Assembly: GCA_003022365.1 (NCBI GenBank)
Contig: PXOU01000019.1
Location: 4,157 to 68,156, forward strand
Source: Candidatus Saccharibacteria bacterium QS_5_54_17
Lineage (GTDB): Bacteria; Patescibacteriota; Saccharimonadia; QS-5-54-17
DNA: 64,000 bases
Direction of reading: 5' to 3'
Each line of letters begins with the position of its first letter. The first letter of the stretch is position 1. This document shows positions 12,372 to 22,527 of this stretch, one piece after another. The translations under genes and the position numbers were made by a program. The notes beneath the pieces are model-generated. The model saw only the letters and a list, made by a program, of their open reading frames with translations. It was not told the origin of the DNA and made no database searches.

Positions 12372-14101
12372 AGCGCCGCCGGCTGGCTGCCCTCAAGAAT
12401 CACCCAAAACGACCTCGCCTCAGGAAGACTCCGAAAACCGGATCGTGGTGGATGCGCTCCGGCGTAGTGCTTTTGCTGATTTTTACCGCTGCTGGAGTCA
12501 GCGCCCACTGGTGGTATACCCAACCCCGGACCGCTGACGTCGATTACCGACAGTGCCAGATCCAATACGGCCAGATCGTGACCGAATGGGATGGATCTGG
12601 GCAGGAGGAACCTTGGAACGACGACCGCTACCACTATCAAGCACGTCGGTTCAGTCTTCGCGCTCAAGCACCGCCAACCGACTTCCCGAACACGGTCGAA
12701 TCTCCGCCAACCAGAATCGCCACCGGCGGTAAACATGCCTGCCAGGATGGGTTTGATGAAACAGTCAATGTCAGCGGGTCCCGCTATCGATGGCAAGGGT
12801 CCCGAGCTACTGCCATGCGTCTGGGGGTGCCCGCCACGGCGCCTGAAGCCGGATCGGCTTTTGTGTCAGGAGCTACTGAGGCCTCGAGTTCAAGATTGAC
12901 AACCCCGGTTTTCCAGCAGTCCCGGGCAGCCGCGGTCTGGGTGAATGATGGCGGTTCGGCCTTATTGGGCCATGACGGCCAGCTTGCGGAGTGGTGGTGC
13001 ATCAACGGGCGCGGGTGCGGGGATATAGCTGACCAAACGTTCGACGGGCGTCCCATCAGGGGCGGCGGCTACCAATACGTGGCTGATAATTGCCCTTCCG
13101 ATATTAGCTGTAACGGGAGTTGGTATACCCGGGTAGGTACTCCCCAAGTACTGGGGCATACGCAGCAAATGCTGTCTCCGTTCCGTATGCGTTTGTCCGC
13201 CGTATCGACCTACGCCGGCGAGGTGGGAGCCGTGGTCATTGCTACCTTTAAATACCCCAAACAGGTTAGTTTACAAACCAGCTTTCCCCAGCAACCGGAT
13301 TCCGTAACCCCTGGGAAGACGTCTCAACTGAACCTCACCATTCACAAACGGGGCCCAGCTTTGGACGGATTATCCCTCTCGAGTGACACGTCAGATCAGC
13401 CTATCACCTACCCGGATACCGCCCTGAGTCAAAAACAGTTACGGCGCCTGAATACCCAGGACACTGTCACCGTTCCGGTGTCACTGCACACCCGTGAAGT
13501 GGCGCGGCCGGGTTCCTGTTACAAGGTGCAATTTTCCCTTACGGCGGCGGATACCGATACACCGATGGCTGAGCCGGAAACCACACAATGTATCGCCGCT
13601 CCCCCGCGAACTATTGGTTACCAAGTGCGCACACGCGGAGGCGTTACAAGTGATTTGCCTACCTTCACCTCCCGGGTAGCAGCCACTCTGGGGGATCCTC
13701 GCGGGTGGGCGGCAGGCAACATCACATTTGAACGGGTCCCCCGGGGTGGCGATTTTACGCTTTGGCTGGCGGCTCCGGCGGCGGTGGCTGAGTTTTCCAG
13801 TGGTTGCAGCGCTCAGTACAGTTGCCGGGTCGGCTCACACGTTATCATCAACGACTCCCGGTGGCAGAAGGCGACCCCGGCTTGGAGGCAAGCCGGTGGG
13901 AGTTTGCGGAATTATCGGCATATGGTCATCAATCATGAGGTAGGCCACTTTCTGGGGCTCGGACACCGTGCTTGTCCCGGGGAGGGACGTGCTGCCCCGG
14001 TTATGATGCAGCAATCGATTTCTCTGGATGGCTGTCGGTTTCAACCGTGGCCGCTCCCCGGCGAAATTGAGCGCGTAACCCGGGCCCGGCCGGGTTCTTG
14101 A
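12368..14101 (+). CDS. Membrane-anchored protein with C-terminal DUF3152-like zinc metallopeptidase domain
   Basis: N-terminal TM helix; LGDPRGW, YSCRVG, YRHMVINHEVGHFLGLGH, APVMMQQS. Confidence 0.85.
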   Translation: MKRRRLAALKNHPKRPRLRKTPKTGSWWMRSGVVLLLIFTAAGVSAHWWYTQPRTADVDYRQCQIQYGQIVTEWDGSGQEEPWNDDRYHYQARRFSLRAQAPPTDFPNTVESPPTRIATGGKHACQDGFDETVNVSGSRYRWQGSRATAMRLGVPATAPEAGSAFVSGATEASSSRLTTPVFQQSRAAAVWVNDGGSALLGHDGQLAEWWCINGRGCGDIADQTFDGRPIRGGGYQYVADNCPSDISCNGSWYTRVGTPQVLGHTQQMLSPFRMRLSAVSTYAGEVGAVVIATFKYPKQVSLQTSFPQQPDSVTPGKTSQLNLTIHKRGPALDGLSLSSDTSDQPITYPDTALSQKQLRRLNTQDTVTVPVSLHTREVARPGSCYKVQFSLTAADTDTPMAEPETTQCIAAPPRTIGYQVRTRGGVTSDLPTFTSRVAATLGDPRGWAAGNITFERVPRGGDFTLWLAAPAAVAEFSSGCSAQYSCRVGSHVIINDSRWQKATPAWRQAGGSLRNYRHMVINHEVGHFLGLGHRACPGEGRAAPVMMQQSISLDGCRFQPWPLPGEIERVTRARPGS

Positions 14102-14125
14102 GGTTTCCAGGGGAATCACTTTAAG

Positions 14126-14155
14126 TTGACATCTGTTTAACAAGGTTGGTATACT
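14126..14155 (+). promoter_or_regulatory. sigma70-type promoter for rplC operon
   Basis: TTGACA-18 nt-TATACT. Confidence 0.75.
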
Positions 14156-14260
14156 CACTCGAGTATTCTCACGCGCACAAGCAGGATTGTAACTGGGCGC
14201 GTGGCTGCCGCGGGGAGATGGGCGGCACGATGGATAGGGCCATGGTAAGAAAGGATACCG

Positions 14261-14863
14261 ATGAAAGCATTACTCGGGCGCAAGCTCGGTATGAGCCAGA
14301 TATTTTCCGAGGACGGGACCGCGACTCCAGTGACGCTGGTCCGGGCGGGACCGTGTACCGTGGTCGGTGTCCGTACGCCGGAAGCCAATGGCTATTCGGC
14401 CGTGCAACTGGGGTTCGAAACAGGTAAACGGACCAAAAAACCCCAACAGGGCCAATTCAGCCAGCTGGAGACTGACCCGGCCTACGTTCGTGAGGTCAGG
14501 GGTGAATATGACGTGCAAGTTGGCAATAAGATCGATGTTGGCAACTTCGCGGTGGGCGATACCCTGACCGTGACCGGCACCAGTAAAGGACGAGGGTTTA
14601 CTGGCACTATCAAACGGCACAATTTCAGCCGTGGCCCCGAGACGCACGGTTCCCGGAATCAACGGCAACCGGGCTCAATCGGGGGTATGTATCCGCAAAA
14701 AGTTTGGAAAGGCAAGAAAATGGCCGGCAGAAGCGGTAATGAAACTGTAACCCAGCAAAACCGCTCCATAGCGGCGGTCGACACCGAAAATAGCCTATTA
14801 GCCATCAAGGGAGCCGTACCTGGTAAGCAAGGTGGGTTGGTGATTCTGAAAGGAGACGAATAA
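14261..14863 (+). CDS. rplC: 50S ribosomal protein L3
   Basis: GRKLGMSQIF, GTSKGRGFTG, KGKKMAG. Confidence 0.99.
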   Translation: MKALLGRKLGMSQIFSEDGTATPVTLVRAGPCTVVGVRTPEANGYSAVQLGFETGKRTKKPQQGQFSQLETDPAYVREVRGEYDVQVGNKIDVGNFAVGDTLTVTGTSKGRGFTGTIKRHNFSRGPETHGSRNQRQPGSIGGMYPQKVWKGKKMAGRSGNETVTQQNRSIAAVDTENSLLAIKGAVPGKQGGLVILKGDE

Positions 14864-15501
14864 TGGCCACCGCGCCGACATTCACCAAGACCGGCAACGC
14901 CTCTTCGCGGAACACCACCCTTCCGGAAACGGTGTTTTCAGTCTCTTCTGTTTCTCATGATCTATTGCACCAGGCCTACACTATCCAGCGTTCCCACCAG
15001 CATGCCCGCGGTGCTCACACCAAAACGCGCGGTGATGTACGTGCCAGTGGCCGAAAAATCAAACCCCAGAAGTATACGGGTGGAGCCCGGGCTGGCACGA
15101 GCACCTCTCCCATGCGCCGCGGCGGCGGGGTCGCGTTCGGACCCCAAGGCAACCAAGCCCGCCGCAAACAGATGAACAAATCAGCAAAGCGGGCGGCTCT
15201 TCGGCACGCTTTGACGCTGCGGGCACAGGAAGCATCAGTTATCGTCGTAGAAGATTTCGCCTTCGATGGCAAAACCAAAACCGCTCGTGGCTTACTGGAT
15301 GCTTTGGGAGTAGGTCCCGTCGTGACGTGTGTCATCGCCCAACGCGACCCCTACGTGCAGCGAAGTCTGCGGAATATTCCCGACGCACTTTTAACGGACG
15401 CGGCTTCCCTGAATGTGGCCGACGTCCTCGACGCGGACTTTGTCATATTTACCCGGAAGGGTCTGGAAGCGTTGCAGCAGCGAATGGAGGTATCGTCATG
15501 A
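14863..15501 (+). CDS. rplD: 50S ribosomal protein L4
   Basis: HTKTRGDV, RGGGVAFGP; operon position. Confidence 0.97.
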   Translation: MATAPTFTKTGNASSRNTTLPETVFSVSSVSHDLLHQAYTIQRSHQHARGAHTKTRGDVRASGRKIKPQKYTGGARAGTSTSPMRRGGGVAFGPQGNQARRKQMNKSAKRAALRHALTLRAQEASVIVVEDFAFDGKTKTARGLLDALGVGPVVTCVIAQRDPYVQRSLRNIPDALLTDAASLNVADVLDADFVIFTRKGLEALQQRMEVSS

Positions 15502-15791
15502 TTGTGCGCCCGGTTATCTCGGAAAAAGCAATCGCCCAAACCGACGAGCAAAATACCTACCTGTTTTATGTGCCGCTTTCGGCCAACAAACCCGCGGTGG
15601 CCCGGGAAGTAGCCCAGCGCTTCGATGTTACGGTGACCGGAGTGCGAACTGCTGTCTTGAAGGGTAAATCGAAGGGTGTGCCGGTTCGCCGCGGCCGGAA
15701 GTTAATATCAGGCCGTCGAGACGACATGAAAAAAGCCTACGTCACGCTCGGGGAAGGTGATAGTATATCCATGTTTGAGGGGAGTGAATAA
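15498..15791 (+). CDS. rplW: 50S ribosomal protein L23
   Basis: MIVRPVISEKA...KKAYVTL; GGAGG SD; ATGA overlap with rplD. Confidence 0.96.
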   Translation: MIVRPVISEKAIAQTDEQNTYLFYVPLSANKPAVAREVAQRFDVTVTGVRTAVLKGKSKGVPVRRGRKLISGRRDDMKKAYVTLGEGDSISMFEGSE

Positions 15792-16621
15792 TGGCCGTGG
15801 AGAAATATAAGCCGACTACACCTGCACGTCGGGACATGAATGCCGAGGACACTTCTTCGCTCACCCGGAGCCGCCCATCCAAAAATCTGACCCGGGCGCA
15901 TAAAAGCCGGTCTGGGCGGAGCAATCACGGCAGCATAACTATGCGGCGGCGCGGCGGCGGTGCCAAGCGTCGATATCGGCCGGTGGACTTTGATCTTGCT
16001 CCTGGTACTGATGCGGTCGTGGAGGCTATTGAATATGACCCCAACCGGACCAGCCATATAGCGTTGATTAGACATGCGGACGGAAGCCAGGCCTATGTAT
16101 TAGCCGGTAATCGCATGAGTGTGGGGGATCGGATCCAAGCAGGTGAGGATGCTCCGGTTGCCCAAGGCAACCGGATGCCGCTGGGGCAGATACCACTGGG
16201 AAGTAATGTATATAACGTAGAAGTCACCCAAGGTAAGGGCGGTCAACTGGCGCGCGGCGCCGGTGCCCGGGCACGGGTTACTTCACGGGGAGAAGACTCT
16301 GTCTATGTGCAGCTTCCCAGCGGTGAAGTCCGCTTGATACACCGGGGTTGTTACGCTACACTAGGTACCGTTGGTAACGAGCAGCACCAGAACGTCAAGG
16401 TCGGAAATGCCGGGCGGAACCGCCGAAAAGGGAGACGACCGAGTGTTCGTGGTAAAGCAATGAACCCTGCCGACCATCCGATGGGTGGCGGTGAAGGATT
16501 AACCAGACCGGGAAGACTCCCCCGTACTCCGTGGGGTAAGCCCGCCATCGGTAAGAAAACCCGTCATCGCCAGCGCGGTAATGATGCCATCGTCCGGAGA
16601 CGGACAAAGAAGAGGAAGTAA
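15791..16621 (+). CDS. rplB: 50S ribosomal protein L2
   Basis: IEYDPNRT, VRGKAMNPADHPMGGGEG. Confidence 0.99.
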   Translation: MAVEKYKPTTPARRDMNAEDTSSLTRSRPSKNLTRAHKSRSGRSNHGSITMRRRGGGAKRRYRPVDFDLAPGTDAVVEAIEYDPNRTSHIALIRHADGSQAYVLAGNRMSVGDRIQAGEDAPVAQGNRMPLGQIPLGSNVYNVEVTQGKGGQLARGAGARARVTSRGEDSVYVQLPSGEVRLIHRGCYATLGTVGNEQHQNVKVGNAGRNRRKGRRPSVRGKAMNPADHPMGGGEGLTRPGRLPRTPWGKPAIGKKTRHRQRGNDAIVRRRTKKRK

Positions 16622-16622
16622 T

Positions 16623-16745
16623 ATGCAGACGGCCTATAATGGAGCAGATACCACCTATAGAGAATTGATCGGCAGTCAAGTTGGCCGTGTTGGCAACGAA
16701 GGAGGCGAAAGCTACTTTATGCCCCGGATCGGAGGTTGGCGATGA
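16623..16745 (+). CDS. Putative 40-aa bridging micro-ORF (rplB|rpsS)
   Basis: ATG 1 nt after rplB TAA; ATGA overlap with rpsS start. Confidence 0.6.
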   Translation: MQTAYNGADTTYRELIGSQVGRVGNEGGESYFMPRIGGWR

Positions 16746-17017
16746 GTCGATCACTTAAGAAGGGTCCCTACATTGATCAGCGCCTGCAGCGGAAAGTGGA
16801 AGCTTTGGACCCCGCGGATAAAACCGTTATCAAGACCTGGGCTCGAGCAGCCACTATCACTCCGGAAATGGTCGGCAAAACCATCGCGGTACATAACGGC
16901 AAAGTCCATGTGCCGGTGTTGATTACCGAGAATATGGTCGGACACAAGTTAGGCGAATTCGCCCCCACCCGGAAATTCAAAGGCCACGGTGGCAAGCTCG
17001 CCAAGGGAGAGAAATGA
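16742..17017 (+). CDS. rpsS: 30S ribosomal protein S19
   Basis: [23 protein letters not shown]. Confidence 0.99.
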   Translation: MSRSLKKGPYIDQRLQRKVEALDPADKTVIKTWARAATITPEMVGKTIAVHNGKVHVPVLITENMVGHKLGEFAPTRKFKGHGGKLAKGEK

Positions 17018-17373
17018 TGAAAGCTATCGCCAAAGGCGTACGGGTTCCCCCCAGAAAGATGAATGTGGTCGCTTCACTGGTCAGGCGGCGCAGCGTGAAT
17101 GACGCGCTCACCATTCTTGAACATACGCCCCGCCAAGCAGCGGTGCATTTGCGGGATGTCGTCAAAAGTGCCGCCGCCAACGCCGAGCATAACGACAAAT
17201 ACGAGACCGACCAATTGCAGATCGATGCCATAGAAGTCAATACGGGAGGTATGATTGTCAGGGGTCGCCCCGCTGCCAAAACCAACTTCCGTCCTCACCG
17301 GCATCGGTTGAGTAATGTCACGGTCAAACTGGGGGTGTTGCCCCATACAGGAGCGGAATCCGATGGGGCATAA
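17014..17373 (+). CDS. rplV: 50S ribosomal protein L22
   Basis: [17 protein letters not shown]; operon position. Confidence 0.96.
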   Translation: MMKAIAKGVRVPPRKMNVVASLVRRRSVNDALTILEHTPRQAAVHLRDVVKSAAANAEHNDKYETDQLQIDAIEVNTGGMIVRGRPAAKTNFRPHRHRLSNVTVKLGVLPHTGAESDGA

Positions 17374-17989
17374 AGTCAATCCAACCAGTTTCCGGCTGCC
17401 GCTTCAAAAGGACTGGCAATCCAAATGGATCGCCAGTAAGCAAGATTATGCCCGGGCCGTAGCGGAAGATATGCAGATCCGCCAACTGGTGCAGCAACAT
17501 TTGGGTCGCCGGGCAGCCATCGACCGGATAGAAATCCAGCGTTCGCCGGGCAGCGTCAACACCACCATTTATACTGCCCGGCCGGGGGTGGTAATCGGCC
17601 GCGGCGGCGGCGGCGTCGAAGAGTTGAAGCAAAAACTGGCCACACAAATCGATTCCCCGCTGAATCTGAATATCGAAGAGGTCAAGCAACCTGAACTCAG
17701 AGCCCAGTTAGTAGCCGACAATATCGCCAACCAGCTGGAAAAACGTACCTCATTCCGCCGGGCTATAAAATCTGCTTCGGACAGTACGATGCGCGCCGGC
17801 GCCCAAGGCGTCAAAATCAGCGTTTCCGGTCGACTGAACGGTGCCGACATGGCCCGGACGCAGCAGGAAGTAGAAGGAAGTATACCGCTCCACACCTTAC
17901 GGGCTGAAATCGATTACGCCCAGGCCGACGCGGTAACTACTTACGGCACCATAGGGGTTAAAGTCTGGATTTACCGGGGCGAGGTGTAG
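17363..17989 (+). CDS. rpsC: 30S ribosomal protein S3
   Basis: [30 protein letters not shown]. Confidence 0.99.
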   Translation: MGHKVNPTSFRLPLQKDWQSKWIASKQDYARAVAEDMQIRQLVQQHLGRRAAIDRIEIQRSPGSVNTTIYTARPGVVIGRGGGGVEELKQKLATQIDSPLNLNIEEVKQPELRAQLVADNIANQLEKRTSFRRAIKSASDSTMRAGAQGVKISVSGRLNGADMARTQQEVEGSIPLHTLRAEIDYAQADAVTTYGTIGVKVWIYRGEV

Positions 17990-17992
17990 GTT

Positions 17993-18421
17993 ATGTTATT
18001 GCCGAAAAAGACCAAATACCGCAAAGCAATGACAGGCCGAATCCAGGGTGTTGCCCAGCGTGGCAATCAACTCAGCTTTGGCTCTTATGGGTTGCAAGCC
18101 CAGACTGGCGAACGGGTGACGTCCCGGCAAATCGAGGCAGCCCGCCGGGCCATGACCCGGTATGTAAAACGCGGCGGTAAGATATGGATCCGGATATTTC
18201 CCGACGTGCCGGTTACCCGGAAAGGTGAAGAAATGCCCATGGGAAGCGGAAAAGGCGCCCCGGAGTTCTTTGTCGCCCGAGTACGGCCGGGTACCGTTAT
18301 GTTTGAAATGGCCGGCGTGGATGAAAAAACGGCCCGGGAAGCTATGCGGCTGGGCGGACACAAACTCCCGGTCAAGACGAAGTTCCTGACCCGGAGTACG
18401 CCAGGGGAGACGGAAACGTGA
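17993..18421 (+). CDS. rplP: 50S ribosomal protein L16
   Basis: [24 protein letters not shown]. Confidence 0.99.
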   Translation: MLLPKKTKYRKAMTGRIQGVAQRGNQLSFGSYGLQAQTGERVTSRQIEAARRAMTRYVKRGGKIWIRIFPDVPVTRKGEEMPMGSGKGAPEFFVARVRPGTVMFEMAGVDEKTAREAMRLGGHKLPVKTKFLTRSTPGETET

Positions 18422-18606
18422 AAACCGAAGAATTACGCCAGCAATCCACCGAAGAGCTCACCCAGCAGCTTGCCAAAGACGAGGCGGATCTGGCAGACTT
18501 TACGGTTGATGTCAGGACCAAAGAAGTGGATGATATCCGCCGCGGCCGCCGGCTGCGGAAGGAGATTGCCCGCATCAAGACAATTATTCGAGAGAGGGAG
18601 CTCTAA
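18418..18606 (+). CDS. rpmC: 50S ribosomal protein L29
   Basis: RKEIARIKT; position. Confidence 0.95.
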   Translation: MKTEELRQQSTEELTQQLAKDEADLADFTVDVRTKEVDDIRRGRRLRKEIARIKTIIREREL

Positions 18607-18854
18607 TGGCGAGAACAATGACCGGAACGGTGGTATCCAACAGTATGGACAAGACGGTTACCGTGGCGGTCGATCGGGTGAAAATGCACCGGATTTACCA
18701 GAAACGCTACACGGCTACGAGTACCTTCTTAGCTCACGACGGAGACGAGGCCTGCAACAAAGGGGATCGGGTGGTCATCGAAGAGACGCGGCCATTGAGT
18801 AAACGGAAGCGGTGGCAGGTAAAAAGTATAGTTGAGAAGGCGCAGTTGGCATGA
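18606..18854 (+). CDS. rpsQ: 30S ribosomal protein S17
   Basis: [22 protein letters not shown]. Confidence 0.98.
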   Translation: MARTMTGTVVSNSMDKTVTVAVDRVKMHRIYQKRYTATSTFLAHDGDEACNKGDRVVIEETRPLSKRKRWQVKSIVEKAQLA

Positions 18855-19219
18855 TACAGCAGGAAACCAGTCTCAGAGTAGCCGACAACAGCGGCGCCCG
18901 CCAAGTACGGTGCATTAAAGTGCTGGGCGGGAGTAGACGCCGGTATGCCCGGCTGGGGGATGTGTTTATCGGGAGCGTTACGTCGGCAACTCCCGGGGCC
19001 TCTGTTAGCAAAAAAGATGTGGTCCGGGCGGTCGTGGTCCGTTCCAGTGATATTACCCAACGTCATGACGGGTCATCGATACGGTTTGATGAAAACGCGG
19101 CAGTAGTTATAGATTCGGGGAAAAACCCGCGAGGAAGCCGAGTCTTCGGCCCCATCGCCCGCGAACTCAGAGACAAGAAGTTCAGCAAAATCATTTCATT
19201 GGCACCGGAGGTGTTATGA
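18851..19219 (+). CDS. rplN: 50S ribosomal protein L14
   Basis: [17 protein letters not shown]. Confidence 0.99.
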   Translation: MIQQETSLRVADNSGARQVRCIKVLGGSRRRYARLGDVFIGSVTSATPGASVSKKDVVRAVVVRSSDITQRHDGSSIRFDENAAVVIDSGKNPRGSRVFGPIARELRDKKFSKIISLAPEVL

Positions 19220-19536
19220 AAATCAAGAAAGGCGATACCGTGCTGGTGCGCGCCGGCAAAGATAAAGGGAAAACCGGAACCGTGACCAGAGTCCATCCAG
19301 ATTTGAATAAAGTTGAAGTCGATGGTATAAATGTTGTTAAGCGACACCTGAAACCGTCCCAGAGTAATCCCAAAGGCGGCATCGTGGAAGCCAATGCTCC
19401 CATAGATGTGAGCAATGTCGGCCTGGTCAATCCTGACGACAAAGACCGGAGCAGCCGCGTGGGGTTCCAGTACAAGGATGGAGAGAAGGTGCGTGTCTAT
19501 CGCCAAGCTGATAACAAGGAAGTCAAAAGCGAATGA
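19216..19536 (+). CDS. rplX: 50S ribosomal protein L24
   Basis: KKGDTV..AGKDKGK KOW motif. Confidence 0.98.
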   Translation: MKIKKGDTVLVRAGKDKGKTGTVTRVHPDLNKVEVDGINVVKRHLKPSQSNPKGGIVEANAPIDVSNVGLVNPDDKDRSSRVGFQYKDGEKVRVYRQADNKEVKSE

Positions 19537-20081
19537 GTAGATTGTTGGATCACTACCACAACCAGGTGATGTCTGATTTGCAGTCCCAATTCGGGATTCA
19601 TAACGTGCATCAGACTCCCCAGCTGGAGAAAATCGTATTAAACGTTGGTGCTGGGCGATCTATTCAGGATTCCCGCATGTTGGATACTGCCGTTAACACC
19701 TTGCGTAAAATTACCGGACAACAGCCGGTTAAAACGGTGGCCAAGCACAGTGTGGCCGGTTTTAAATTACGACAAGGCCAACCTATCGGCGCCAAAGTTA
19801 CCTTACGCGGGGATCGCATGTATGAATTTCTGGATCGATTAATTACCGTGGTTTTGCCGAGAACCCGGGATTTCCGGGGATTGTCGGGCGCCTCATTCGA
19901 CCCCGATGGCAATTACAGTCTGGGTATCGCCGACCAGAGCGTATTCCCGGAACTTTCCTATGAAGATTGCCAGCTGACGCACGGGATGCAAGTGAATATC
20001 ATCACCAACAGTAACGCCGAGCAATCCTACGCTTTGCTATCAGCTTTCGGGTTGCCGTTTGAGAGGAGTGATCGTGGCTAG
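19533..20081 (+). CDS. rplE: 50S ribosomal protein L5
   Basis: [20 protein letters not shown]. Confidence 0.99.
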   Translation: MSRLLDHYHNQVMSDLQSQFGIHNVHQTPQLEKIVLNVGAGRSIQDSRMLDTAVNTLRKITGQQPVKTVAKHSVAGFKLRQGQPIGAKVTLRGDRMYEFLDRLITVVLPRTRDFRGLSGASFDPDGNYSLGIADQSVFPELSYEDCQLTHGMQVNIITNSNAEQSYALLSAFGLPFERSDRG

Positions 20082-20259
20082 AAAAGCGCTTTGGGTGAAA
20101 GCCGGCAAAAAGGCCAAATACCCGACTCGGCAGGTCAATCGGTGTAACCGATGCGGGCGTTCCCGTTCTTATATGCGCCGGTTCGGATTGTGCCGAATAT
20201 GCTTCCGGGAATTAGCCAGCCAAGGCAAATTGCCGGGTGTAAAGAAAGCGAGCCGATAA
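20074..20259 (+). CDS. rpsN: 30S ribosomal protein S14, Zn-binding type Z
   Basis: GTG start after GAGGAG; CxxC...LCRICFRE. Confidence 0.97.
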   Translation: MARKALWVKAGKKAKYPTRQVNRCNRCGRSRSYMRRFGLCRICFRELASQGKLPGVKKASR

Positions 20260-20645
20260 TGTTCGACCCCATAGCTGATATGCTGACCAGAATCAGGAAC
20301 GCTGCCGCCGTCGGAAAGACTTGGGTGGATGTACCCTATTCCAAACCCAAAGCAGCTATCGCTGACGTGCTCACCCGTCATGGCTACCTTACCGGTTACG
20401 AGGTAACCGAGGACAACAAGCCGGTTGTTCGTCTGCAACTCGGCGAAGAAGACCGGCCGAATCCGATTACCGAGCTGCACCGTGTTTCCAAACCCGGGCG
20501 CCGAGTATATACGCCGGCGGAAGACATACCGACCGTGTTACGCGGCAGGGGTATGGTGATACTTTCCACATCCAGTGGTATCATGAGTGGCGCCCAAGCA
20601 CGCCAACAGGGAGTCGGCGGTGAAATAATGTGTAAGGTGTGGTAA
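20259..20645 (+). CDS. rpsH: 30S ribosomal protein S8
   Basis: DPIADMLTRIRNA, SKPGRRVY, GGEIMC. Confidence 0.99.
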   Translation: MFDPIADMLTRIRNAAAVGKTWVDVPYSKPKAAIADVLTRHGYLTGYEVTEDNKPVVRLQLGEEDRPNPITELHRVSKPGRRVYTPAEDIPTVLRGRGMVILSTSSGIMSGAQARQQGVGGEIMCKVW

Positions 20646-20758
20646 TGAAGATGGCAACCGGTAATCCCTCAACTTCGTCAACAACGGCTGTCCGGCACAC
20701 GGTCCGGGTCTCCGTGGCCATGAGCCTCGTGTTCCGGCAACCGGAGGTTACCCGATGA
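20645..20758 (+). CDS. Putative 37-aa bridging micro-ORF (rpsH|rplF)
   Basis: TAATG overlap with rpsH stop and ATGA overlap with rplF start. Confidence 0.62.
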   Translation: MKMATGNPSTSSTTAVRHTVRVSVAMSLVFRQPEVTR

Positions 20759-21297
20759 GTCGTATCGGCGTATTACCCATCGATACTCCTGATAGTGCCG
20801 ACGTCTCAATTGACAATAACGCCGTGCACGTCAGCGGCCCCAAAGGCGAACTTAGTATTTCCGTGCTTTCGGGGACGAAGGTATCCCAGGAAGCAGGGCA
20901 GATTCTGGTATCCCGGCGCGATGACGGCTCCCTCGCCAAAGAACGTCACGGCCTGATGCGGACATTGATTGCCAACGCGGTCCACGGGGTTACCGAAGGC
21001 TTTCGCAAATCTTTGGAAATCAACGGGGTCGGATTCAGAGCCCAAGTGGAGGGCGATGTAGTGGTGTTGCACATCGGCTACTCCCAGCCCCGGCGCGTCA
21101 GGCTACCTGAAGGCATAAGTGCCAGCGTCGAGGACAATACCCTTACGATCAGCGGCGCCGATAAACAATTGGTCGGGCAAGTGGCCGCCAACATTAGGAG
21201 TCTGCGACCGCCCGAACCATACAAAGGAAAAGGCATATCCTACAGCGATGAGCATGTCCGCCGCAAAGCGGGTAAAACGGCAGGAGCGGGTAAATGA
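20755..21297 (+). CDS. rplF: 50S ribosomal protein L6
   Basis: [15 protein letters not shown]. Confidence 0.99.
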   Translation: MSRIGVLPIDTPDSADVSIDNNAVHVSGPKGELSISVLSGTKVSQEAGQILVSRRDDGSLAKERHGLMRTLIANAVHGVTEGFRKSLEINGVGFRAQVEGDVVVLHIGYSQPRRVRLPEGISASVEDNTLTISGADKQLVGQVAANIRSLRPPEPYKGKGISYSDEHVRRKAGKTAGAGK

Positions 21298-21623
21298 GTG
21301 TCACCAGCAGGCTGGCTAGAACCAAACAGCAGATCCGCGGCGACTGGAGTCGCCCGCGTTTGAGCGTGACGATTTCCAACGCGCACGTCTACGCCCAGAT
21401 TATAGACGACCGTGTAGGCCATACGCTGGCCTTTAGCTCTTCCTCCGCTGCCGGGATAACTGGTAGCATGACCGAAAAAGCCCAGTGGGTGGGCAGTGAC
21501 ATTGCCCAAAAAGCCCGGGAAGCCGGTGTCAGCCAGATTATATTTGATCGCCGAAGCAGAAAGTTCCACGGGCGGGTGGCGGCATTAGCCCAAGCTGCCC
21601 GTGAACACGGATTGGAGTTTTAG
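21294..21623 (+). CDS. rplR: 50S ribosomal protein L18
   Basis: [22 protein letters not shown]. Confidence 0.97.
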   Translation: MSVTSRLARTKQQIRGDWSRPRLSVTISNAHVYAQIIDDRVGHTLAFSSSSAAGITGSMTEKAQWVGSDIAQKAREAGVSQIIFDRRSRKFHGRVAALAQAAREHGLEF

Positions 21624-22097
21624 ATGCAGACGGAAGAAACACAGCAGCAGTACCAGGAACGAGTCGTCAATGTGGATCGGGTTGCCCGGGTCGTCAAAGG
21701 CGGCCGGCGGTTTCGTTTCCGGGCACTGGTGGTGGTCGGCGACCAGAATGGACGCGTCGGAGTCGGACTTGCCAAGAGCGACGATGTAACTACCGCAGTT
21801 TCCAAAGCTTCCGGCCAGGCCAAAAAGCATTTTATCCAGATTCCGGTCGAAGAGGGAACCATACCCCATACCGTGGAAGCCAAGCACTCCGGCGGGCACG
21901 TACTCCTGAAACCGGCCGGACCGGGGACTGGAGTTATTGCCGGCGGCGCCATCCGTGATATAGCCGAGATGGCCGGGTTGCGTAATGTTCTGACCAAATC
22001 ACTGGGATCACCGAATAAAATCAATATCAGTTACGCCACCATTGATGCCCTCGGAAAAATAATTCCCAGTCCGGAGGTTAGCCATGAAAATACATGA
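21624..22097 (+). CDS. rpsE: 30S ribosomal protein S5
   Basis: [19 protein letters not shown]. Confidence 0.99.
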   Translation: MQTEETQQQYQERVVNVDRVARVVKGGRRFRFRALVVVGDQNGRVGVGLAKSDDVTTAVSKASGQAKKHFIQIPVEEGTIPHTVEAKHSGGHVLLKPAGPGTGVIAGGAIRDIAEMAGLRNVLTKSLGSPNKINISYATIDALGKIIPSPEVSHENT

Positions 22098-22527
22098 ATT
22101 GCGGGTCACCGGGAAGAAATCGCCCAAACGTGTCGGACGCGGCGACGCCAGCGGCTTAGGCACCACCTCAGGCCGTGGTGATAATGGACAAAATTCCCGC
22201 AGCGGCGGCGGGGTCACCCCGGGTTTTGAAGGAGGGCAAACCCCGATCGCCAAACGCATTCCCAAGGCTCGAGGATTCAAGCGAGCCTCCGCCAAGCCGG
22301 TCCTGGTGCATACCGATCAACTCAACGCGTTTGCCGATGGTGCTGAGATTGACAAGGCAGCGCTGGCACAGGCGGGGATCATCAAATCTCCTACGGCTTC
22401 CGTAAAATTATTACGCCGCGGGGAGGTCTCGGTTTCCGTCCATGTCTGTGTTGACAGCGTTAGTGCTGGTGCCCGGGCAGCGGTGGAACAAGCCGGCGGC
22501 ACGACCGAACAAGGGTGGCAGGAGTAG
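22084..22527 (+). CDS. rplO: 50S ribosomal protein L15
   Basis: RVGRG, GFEGGQTP; follows rpsE directly (no rpmD). Confidence 0.98.
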   Translation: MKIHELRVTGKKSPKRVGRGDASGLGTTSGRGDNGQNSRSGGGVTPGFEGGQTPIAKRIPKARGFKRASAKPVLVHTDQLNAFADGAEIDKAALAQAGIIKSPTASVKLLRRGEVSVSVHVCVDSVSAGARAAVEQAGGTTEQGWQE

